A stretch of DNA of 64,000 nucleotides, from assembly GCA_964252035.1 (NCBI GenBank), contig OZ176213.1, one strand, 5' to 3'. The first letter of the stretch is position 1. Every line of letters starts with the position of its first letter. This DNA is from Podarcis erhardii. Its lineage: Eukaryota. Of the stretch, positions 22,401-32,532 are shown piece by piece. The position numbers and the translations under genes are program-made. The notes beneath the pieces are model-generated. The model did no database searches and was not told the origin of the DNA. It was given only the letters and a program-made list of their open reading frames with translations.

Positions 22401-24960
22401 GTAGACCGCTACCTCAGTAGAGCGAAGCCGCAAGCCATGGCCGGAGAGCGCTGACTTTCTTCCCAAAATTTGGACTGGATAACAAAGGACCCGTGAGTAG
22501 TGGAATTTGGACTTTAAAAATTTTATCCTGTGAATTCGGCACGATCGGGGGATGTGTTAAAGGGAAGTCCGCACCCCCTCTACTTATAGACGTTTCAAAG
22601 CAAGGAACGGAGAATTAAGGCGGAATGAATACTGTTTTGATGATTTAAAAGTTTCTCACAAATTTGATAGAACAAGATTTTTGTGCTGGAGAGAAAGGGA
22701 ATTTGGAACTTTGTGTGTATCCCCCCCAAAAAACCCGGGAGTGTCCTATTTGGGTCCCGGAGGAAGAAGTGAAAGGAGTTTGACAGCTGTCAAAGAAGCT
22801 GTCAAACGGGCGGACAAAGTAAAGAATTTTGCTATTTAATAACTCTTGGAATTAAAGCTGATACATTTGGACTGAGGCGATTGGAAACAAAGTATTGATA
22901 ATAACAAAGTAACAGATTATTGGAAAAGGACTACTAAATAACTGAAAGCCCCCTAGGGGGAATTAGTGACATTACAATGGCTGCAGAAGGAAAATTACTG
23001 GCGGAGATAGAAAAAATGTTCTTTCTCGTGGGAATCCTGCAGGAGCAGAGTATGGCTCTGAGTAAAGTTTTTATGACCTTGAATCCTGAAACAAACAACT
23101 CTGCTGAATGCACAAAGGAGATGTATGATAAAAATTCTGCAGCTGAGCAGGAAGAGATGCCTTTGGAATTGACAGAGAAAAAAGAAGGAGTTCAGACACT
23201 ACAAGTGGAAAATATCAACCAGGAATCTGCAGCGTTAGAGTATGAGCAAGAAGACCTCTGGATTACAGACCTGCGAAAGATGAGAAAGAAGAAGAGAGAA
23301 GCCCCTGGAGTACTTGGAATATTAAAACTAGAAAGAACAAAGCAATATGATTGGGACTTTTCTCTTGAGTATGGAAAACTAGATGGTCTTTCGCAGCAAA
23401 CACTCTTCAACATTCTGAATGAAAGAAAATATGATCTGACTCTGACTGAACTCCTTCGGGGTCTTAGGACCATCAAAGAGGACTACCAATATAGCTGGCA
23501 GAGAGGGACTGACAGAGAATCAGACGCCTCGGACGTGAGGAATCCGGGCTAGAAATATTTTTTGTTTGTTTTCTGGACATTTGTCTAGGAAGGGACAGAA
23601 ACCGGGGCAGGGGGGGGAGAGAATAGAATTATAAAATGTTATGTTTTGTTTTACTTGGTCAATGTGACCTATAATTAATATAATAAAGGGAAAATTTGTG
23701 AAGGGGAAGTTAGATCGACCTTAAAAAAAAAAGAAATTAATGATTATAAGAGAATTGGATAGTTGAATATAGATAAACAAAAGAATTTAATTTTTAAAAG
23801 CAATGTGAATATCTTTAAGAGGTTAGGTAAGAACTTGCTGAATTAATTCTGGAATTGGGATGTAAGAGGAGGGGGTGGGGGGAAGTCAATGAAAGTGGGT
23901 AAAGAAACTTAGGGTATGTAATTGTATTTGTGTGTTTGTTTGTCTTTGTCTTTGTGTGTGTGTCTGTTGTTATAAAATGTAAAAACCCAATAAAAATTAT
24001 TTAAAAAAAAAAAAAAAGTATTCTGCAGCCACATGAAGCTTTGCCTTTTCTGTTTGCAGTTGAAAAGCTGACTCAGCTGGCAGAGGGAGAAAAAACAGCA
24101 GCAGAAGAACTCCTTGTCTGCTTGGAGGAAGCCGTGTGGGATAAGATGGAGCACCAGGAGATAAGCAAGTGAGTCAGCCCTTTGAGCCCGTGGTGGGAAT
24201 TTGCTATACATTCTTTGTGGCCTTATATTACTTCTATGAAGACTTAAGGATTCAAATTTGGAAGGATTGATTTGATTTTTGAGTAGATTTGATTTGATTT
24301 ATTATATTTCTATGCCACTTTTCATTCAAGTGAATCTCAAAGCGGCTTACAAACAATAAATAACAATAACATAATAGAACATCACAAATACAGCTTAAGG
24401 TTGAAGTGTGATGTATAGAACAAAAAAAGGAGGAAAACAAGTATAGCTTGCATGCTGTCTCCACCCCCTTTACTTTTTAGCCTGGAATCCCTGCTAGCTG
24501 CATATTAGCAAAGAGAGATTCCCCTTCCAAATGCTGTTTCTGTGTTTCAGTTTCCTGTATCTCCACATTCACTTGAGTCACAGGGGATGGAGAGGGGTAG
24601 TTAAGAACATCAAAGCAAGGAGGGGCAGAGAAGAGTGTAAGAAGCAAAGGGCCCAATTAATCCAGTGCTGTTTCCAGATACCTCTGAGGCACGAGAGCAG
24701 TGGTACTCTCCCACCCATAGCAGCTGCCATTCATAGGCATGCCCTCTCTGACACTGGAGGTAGTAATAGCTCGCTGTCATAACCAGTAGCCTTTGATAGC
24801 CTTGTTCCCCATGAATGCTGACCCCTTTCAAAGCAACCCAGATTCATGGCCATTCTTGCAGTGTCTTTCCTTTTGTTTGTCTCTACTCTTCCACCATTTA
24901 TCTTGATTGGATGACCCAAGTGTGGTCTAGTATGATGTGTTCATTTTCTGCACACCATGC

Positions 24961-25011
<51 letters not shown>

Positions 25012-26435
25012 TTTTATGCCTTCACTTGCCTTTTCTTTGGAGGGCTGTTGTGCTAGTCCCTTGATGGTTTTGGTTTCTCTTGGCAAGTGTTTTTTATGGA
25101 GGTGGAAGCTTAAGTTACTGGCTGTTCCCCATAGGACATCCAGTGAGGCAAGGAAGCAGTGGTCTCTGGTGGCCCAGTTTTGCAGGCTCCACGGCCTCAA
25201 GCTGAGCATGTCATACCTGAAGATGTGTGCGAGATCCAGCGAATGGCTGCAGTTCCTCATTGAAGCCCAGAGGTACAACTACCAACCCTCTGAGGTAAGG
25301 AACCCTTCAGGCAAAAGTGATATGGCCATCTTTATTAATTTGGGGTTTAGTCTTTGCAGTGGCTGCTTTGAACAGACAATGCTCTTGAAATAAGGGGAGA
25401 GATCACTAATGTGGCTTCATTTGCCCTGGCAGCAGAAAGACAGGTACAAATCTTTAAAGGCATTAATATAGTAGAATTCTAATTTGTGTTTGGTATGTGT
25501 ACCACTTTGCTGTGACTCATGAGCTCAAGACAATAAACTAAACTTCCAGGTGCTTTGTTCTGCAACTCCCATCAGTCCCTCGAGGGCACCAAGTTGGTGA
25601 AGACTTCAATAAACCATTGTCTGGTTGCCTCTTTGCGCTGTTTGTTCACTTTATACTGTTCACCTAGTTTGTTCTTTCCCTTCCCCAGGTTGTCCCCATC
25701 CTCCAGGAGTTTCCCCCTCCTCTGCAGGACCACTTGAGGCTGGCCTTGGAGAGTTTGCAGTCCTCAGTTACTCCATTGGAGGACGGTCAGGGTGGCAACT
25801 CCCACCGGGAGCAAAAGCCAGGCACCCACACCACTGATCTTTTCCGCATTCTCCTTTGGTGTCAGGAGCAGCCACGTCCCTGGCATTACCTTCTGGGTGA
25901 AGCTGTGAAACACCAGGCTCCCATTCTGAGCATCCTTGCTGCATGCTTCCAGGTAAGAATGCTCTGAGGATGACCCTGTGCTTCTGTTGTTCATTTATTT
26001 CCGTAGGCCGAATGTGTGATATTTTAGAAATATTTGCAAGTACATTCCTCAAGGTGGGTCACTTCCTCCTTGTATCTAACTTATTTACTTCTTTCCTACT
26101 CCTCTCTGGCCACATCCACCCATTTGGAAGGACACCAGTATTATCCATTGCCTCTGTGTTTGGCTCATAACTTCCTTGGATAGCTCCACCACTGCCCAAG
26201 TGACAGACCACTTGGAAGGCTCAGCTGAAACCCATGAATGGGATCTTCAGGACTTGGCCACCCTCTGGCAGACACTTCTCCAGAGGCAGAAAATCCAAAC
26301 TCTTCTTCGTGGCTTTCAGTTCTTTCTGAAGGTAACTCTTTAAGTCCCTTTACGCCCCAGCATGCAACTCCCATTTGTTTAACTTGTGCTTCTTCACATT
26401 TTCAAGAGTGCCTTTGAAAATAAATGTAACAAGGG

Positions 26436-26476
<41 letters not shown>

Positions 26477-29400
26477 TGTCTTCAAACTGAAAGCTTCAAG
26501 AGACATGGAAACTGCACATAGAGCAGCCCAAATGAACCCTCCGTTCCAAGTTAAGGAAGGGAAATGGTCCAATTTCTGCCCCCTGCTGTGGTTACACTTT
26601 CAGAGCCTCAGGAGCTAGATTGGGGGGGAGGGTTCAGTGTCAGAGGTGTATTTTTAAATAAATAAATGGTGCAACACTTGTGAAGAATGTTGAACATAAA
26701 TTTGCATCAATCTATTCAGGACTCCCCTTTGCTGATGATCCTGGAGCTGTACGAGTTGTGCATGGACTACAGAAACTACAGCGAAGCGCAGAGCAGACTC
26801 CTTGCATTCCAAGCCAGTATTTCAAGAGTAAGCAGACCTTTCCCTTTGCTTGCTGAAGCTTTTGAACCAACTCTTTAATTACAGAGGTAGCTAGCATCTC
26901 TAGGCAAGAGCATAGTCTTCTCTTGAGTGTGTGAGGTTTAATTTTTCCAGTTGAAGGATTGTTTGAGCATGCAGGCACACACGTATGGCTGCCCACCCTT
27001 CTTCCTTGGATGCATCCTTCCCAGTTCCCTACCACGCTACTGCTTTGCATTGTACAAGTTGGCTTAATTTGTCAGAGATGAAGGAGAGGGTGGGGGAGAG
27101 GCATGTTTTGGCACTTGGATAACTTTCAAAATGACTTTTGCACAGCTGCAAGCCCTACCCGAAGGTCCACCTCTCCTCTTGCCTGTGCCCTGGCTGGTGT
27201 CACAGGCTTCATTTCTTCTTGAGCTGATGCTTCAGCAGTGCAGAACTCAGTACGAGCTGGGAAAGGTCCTTCAGCTTTTTGCAGATACGGACACCGTTCT
27301 CCCTCACGGTACGGACAGTTTTCTTTGGTTCCCTGTCAGTAATTTGTTACCTGCACAGCCAAGACTTCCTCTTGAAATCTGCTTTCAGTGCCTGACACCA
27401 GGCAGCCCTCGGGAGGTGGTAGTAAAGGAGCATCAGCTGCCGAGTTCATTCTGCTTTTAAGTGTAGTCAGATCATTGGTTTTCGGGGCATGGAAATAAGA
27501 TGGGAATCCAGGAGGTTTGGAAGACCAGAAAAAGGGATGTGCATGTGCATGCCTCTCCTTGGCATTTTGGGAAACCCAGTCACTTCTCTCTTTGTCCATC
27601 ATGTGCATCCTCAGTGCTGCATATAAAGGCAGGGACTGATCTGCATAAGAGATGGTTGTCTTCTGCTTCATTTTTATACCATCTTTCATCTAAAATGATC
27701 CCAGGTTGGCTTGTGAACTTTAAAGATAGAAGAAGTAAAACATGGGAATAAACTAGTGAATTAGAAGCAACAGCAGCATGTCAGCAATTTAAAAGCATTG
27801 GGGTGAACAAGAAGGTTTTTGGTCTGGTGTCTAAAATAAAATAAAAATACTGATGCCAAGTGGGCCTCCCCTAGTTGGGGCTCTGCAGCCAAAAAGACCT
27901 CCCTTCCTAGGCCTCCCTTTGTTGCCCTCCACTTCACTTCTGCCAAAGTTGTTGCTCAGCAAAGGGCCACAGCATGGGCAGCTTGATGGGGATCCTCTTT
28001 GCTCCTTTCCAGAAAAGCCTGCGTCATTAAAGCACAGACTATCCAGTTAAGGACCTGTTTCTTTTTGGGCTGCTTTTGTGCTTAGGGCCTGATATGAAGA
28101 AGCTGAGTGCCCTCAGTTTCACCTTGAAGGACTCTCCTGTCTCCATTGATTGTGCCATTCTGAGCAGTTACACCCCAGAGAATTTCCAGAAGGAGTGCAG
28201 AAGAATTATGGAGGAGCTGCAGGACCAAAGCTCTTTCCTAATAGCGCGGAAGGTGGCAGAGCTGGCAGAGCTGCCTGTGGACAACGTGGTGATCCAAGAG
28301 GTGGGCTAGCCTTTTGACAACTCATTTTTTGGTTAATTACGTTCCATCTCCAACCAAGGCTGAATTAGAATGTGGCTTCCCCATCTATTGGACTCAGCCC
28401 CTAGTTTTGGTGGCTCAGTCCCAGATCTGGTGCTGCCTTTGGCTACATATGAGTAAGTAAGGGAACTTGGGGACCGATAATGAGGTGCTTGTAGTTTCCT
28501 GCTGTGAGGCAGAGAGGGGAATACATATTTATCTGTCAAACCTTGGACTGTGTCCGGTAATAATCAGGCAACCAGCGCAGGTCTCTCAAAGCTGTTGGTA
28601 CATGTTCTTGAGCCATCAGGCCCATCAGTATGCTATCAGCTACATTTGTCACTATCTTCCATCTCCACACAGTTCTCAAGAGCAGTCCCATGTTGTGTAA
28701 ACAGGAGTTGCAGCCAGGCTCTCCCTATCGACAAATGGCCATAGCTGGTGAATCAGTAGTTCAGCTTCCTTTCATTGGTTGTCATGGAAAGATGGGGCTG
28801 AGAATCCCTTTGATGTTTTGTGTGTTTTGCAGGTCCTCCAGAATATACACCTCTTGCAACAAATTGGCCACTGGCCTCAGAAGCGGACAAGGATCGAGTT
28901 CTGGGAAAAGTGCCACGAAAACTATGTGAGAAATGCCATCTCAACCCAAGCGGCTTCCAATTTCTTCTTAGCTCAGGCAGACCTTCTGTCTGAGTCCTTG
29001 GATGAGGGGAGAACATCTGGCATCTCGGAGAGGCAACTTCTGCTAACCTTGGCTGGCCACTGGTTAGCCAAAAGCGATCCAGTTCCACTTCAGGAGCTGG
29101 AAGGGATTGAGAAAGAAATCTGGCTTTGCCGTATCGCTCAGCAGACTTTGAACCAGGGCCCCGAGAAGGCCAAGCACAGATTCTCCCACCAGATTTCTAT
29201 GAGTGGTGAAGTGTCCTTTGATTCCTTAGCCAAGGAGTTTTCCTTTTCCAAGCTGGCTGCCTTGAATGTGCCCAAGTACTTGCAGCTGGAGGGTTTGCCC
29301 TCACACAATGCATCCTTGCAAGCCACACTTTCTGCGGCTGATGTGGAGTCACTGAGCTTTCTGGTTGGGCGCCTGCTGGACGAGGGGAGCATCCATGAGG

Positions 29401-32400
29401 CCAGCCGGGTTTGCCGGTACTTTAACTTTTACAGTCGAGATGTCTTGCTTGTCTTGCACTGCAGAGTGCTGGCATCTGGAGAAGTCCTTTGGAGCGAGTT
29501 TCACCCAGAGGTTCATGCCATCCTTGCAGCAAGAGACAGAGAGGAGGCGAAGGACAAGAATAATGGAGGGGGAGAGGACTCTTCAAAGAAAAAATCTCTG
29601 AGCAGTAAGTAGCAGAAGCGTTTGGAGCTGCAAATTGGACAAAAAGCATCTCTCCTCAGGAGTCCACAGAGGACCCTCCTGGGCCATTTCTTCCTTTCTC
29701 TGCCATTTTGTGGGTTTTGTCATTGCCCGTTCTTTAGAAATGTAGGTGTTTCTTGGATCTCAAACTTTGCCATTGGTAGCATTCAAAACTGCTGCAATGT
29801 TTTTCCTTCAAAAATTGGGGGGGGGGGGGAGAGAGAAGGGAGGGTGGCAGCTGATCAGTTTAGAACCACTGAGCATTTCCAGTGCTCAAGTTTGTCATAG
29901 AATCATGGCAGTGTCGAGTTGAAGGGATCCAAAGGGTCATCTAAACCTGCAATATAGGAATCACAGCTAAATAATCCCTGTGTTTAAAAATCTCCGGCCT
30001 CCAGAGCTCAGAAGAGCAATAAATGTGCCCTTATCCCACCCAGTGTTGGTTTTCTCCTCCCAGTTTTGCCCTATCCATCTCCAGCCTTGTCTTCTCCCCC
30101 CCGCCCAAGCATCCTGCTCAGCCTGTTCATTCCTTGCTATCCAGAGTCTCTGTTTCCTTTTCAGCCTCGAGCCTTGAGTCCTGGTCCTTTGTGGGAGGTT
30201 CAGGCCCAGAGAGCGAGGTGGTGGGCAGCCTGCAGGCCCTGCTGGCGGAATGTGTCCATGGGCGGAACTACTGCCGGCAGGTCCTCTGCCTGTTTGAGCT
30301 GTCCAAGGTGTGTGCGGGTTGGGAACTGGGGAGGGGCAGCCATTGTGCTACAGTGATGGGAGCTGCAGGATCTCTCCAGTGGGGGCCTTGCCTGCCAGCA
30401 TGGCACTGAGGGGCCCTTTGAGGATGAGACGCCTCAGGATCCAAGACGTAAGACTTCCCCATGGTCTTTTGCAGGAACTGGGATGTCCCTTCAGTGAGAT
30501 CTCTGCCCACGATTCCGAGAAGCTGCTTCGGGTGATCCTGTCTTCTCAGCAGCCGGACAGGTGCAAAAAAGCCCAGGCCTTTGTCACCACACAGGGAATG
30601 GAGCTGGAAACCGTGGCGGAGATTGTGGCCGAGGAAGTAACCCGAGAGCTGCTAGCCCCTTTGCAAGGGAAAGGCAGTGAGTCCTGCTTTGTTGTTATTG
30701 ACCAAAGAGAATAATGCTATAACTTGTGGGGAAGCGGAAAGACTCCTAGGATCGGGTTTGGGCAGGAAGTGGAGGCGGTGCTGTTTCTTCCCCTTTCCCC
30801 TGTCAGCTGGAGAATATCCTGTCACCAATATGTCATTTGTATATACAGAACAAAAGCAAATTCTGAACCCAGCAGAGGAGAGCCAGGCATTCCTGCAGCT
30901 GGCTAAACTGTGCCAGGACCACACGTTGGTTGGCATGAAGCTATTGGACAAGATCTCATCTGTGCCGCACGGGGAACTTGCATGCAGTAAGTCAATGATG
31001 GGCAGGTGGAGGAACCTTTTTGGCCAGGGATCAAACATCCAGTAACAGCACACTAGCATGCTGCATGGCTAAAGCTGCGATCCAAAGCCTGCTTACTTGA
31101 ATGCAGAGCTTATTCAGGTTCTTGGGACTATGCTTCTACATAAATATAGGTGGGGTTAGGCCTCAGGAGGAGGGTTCTCATGCCCTTTTTTCTGTTTGCT
31201 GTCTTTGTGTGGTTTTCATCTGGAAAATGCAACCACCCCACCCCACCCCCGATCATCTTCATTGATGCCAGGAAGCTGGAGCTGTGGTTGTGAAGGGTTT
31301 GACCCACATGCTGCTATTCTCCAGTACAGGTTTTTGCTGGAGCCTTTCATAAAAGAGCATTTAGCAATTCTGGGGGGAAAGGGAGTGGCCTCTGACTTCA
31401 CCTAGCTGTCCTCAAGGCGGGGAACAGGGTTTGTTTATGAGCAGCTGAGGAGCTTTTGCCTCCGAAAGCTGCTGTCCCTGTCCAGTGTTTGTGAAAGTGA
31501 GAGTTGTTGTTCCACAGTTGAGGGACCAGATGCCACACAATCTTTGGCCAAGGGAGAAACTTAAATTGGGGTGGGGAGGGGGTCTCCCTTGTTGTATTGG
31601 AGAGCACCTGCAAAACTGCAAAAAATGTGCTTGCTTATGAAGTCCCCTTCCCTCCTTTTTCAGCTACAGAGCTGCTGATCTTGGCCCACAACTGCTTTAG
31701 CTTGACCTGTCACATGGAAGGGATCACGCGGGTTCTGCAAGCTGCCCGGCTGCTCACAGAGGAGCATTTGGCACCCAACGAAGAATATGGCCTTGTGGTA
31801 TGTGACTGCTCTAAAGCTGCCCTATTTGTGGGAAATGTGAACTGGTTGCAGGGACACACACACACACCAGGCCTTTGAAGGGTCCTGCTGATTCCAAGAC
31901 ATCCCCTTGCTTTGCTGAAAAAGGAAGGTAGTGGCAGGTCAGAGACTCCCACAGATGGTTCATGCTCAGCTGCCCTCTGCATTGATGTTAGCAAGTAGCT
32001 CCTCTTATAAGAAGCAGTATGTGCAGCCTTCATTGGGTTCCCTTGGCCTGGTAGGAAAGCTGCCTTTGCTTTCCCCTGACCATCTATTGGAAATGGCTGA
32101 TCAGTAACCTTCCACAGACTTCTGTTGTGCCCCCTAAGGAGGGGTGGTGGCGGCTGCCATGACCTTCTGGCCTACCTCAGTGTGCATGATGACACAGAGT
32201 AAGGCCCTTCTGCCTGCCTTGCTGTACAAGTCCTTATTTCTTCTTCCTCCCTACCAAAGGTTCGGCTTCTCACTGGCATTGGCAGATACAACGAGATGAC
32301 ATATATCTTTGACCTGCTGCACGAGAAGCATTACTTTGAGGTGCTCATGAGGAAAAAGCTGGATCCGGTGAGTGCAGGAGACGCAAATCTGCCTCATCCT

Positions 32401-32501
32401 TTCTCAAGAGTTCCAAATGTAAATGTGTCGTTGAGTCTGAAGCCTTTATTTTCAGCAGGATGTGGATGAGGCTTAGTGTCTCTCTCTCTCTCTCTCTCTC
32501 T

Positions 32502-32532
<31 letters not shown>

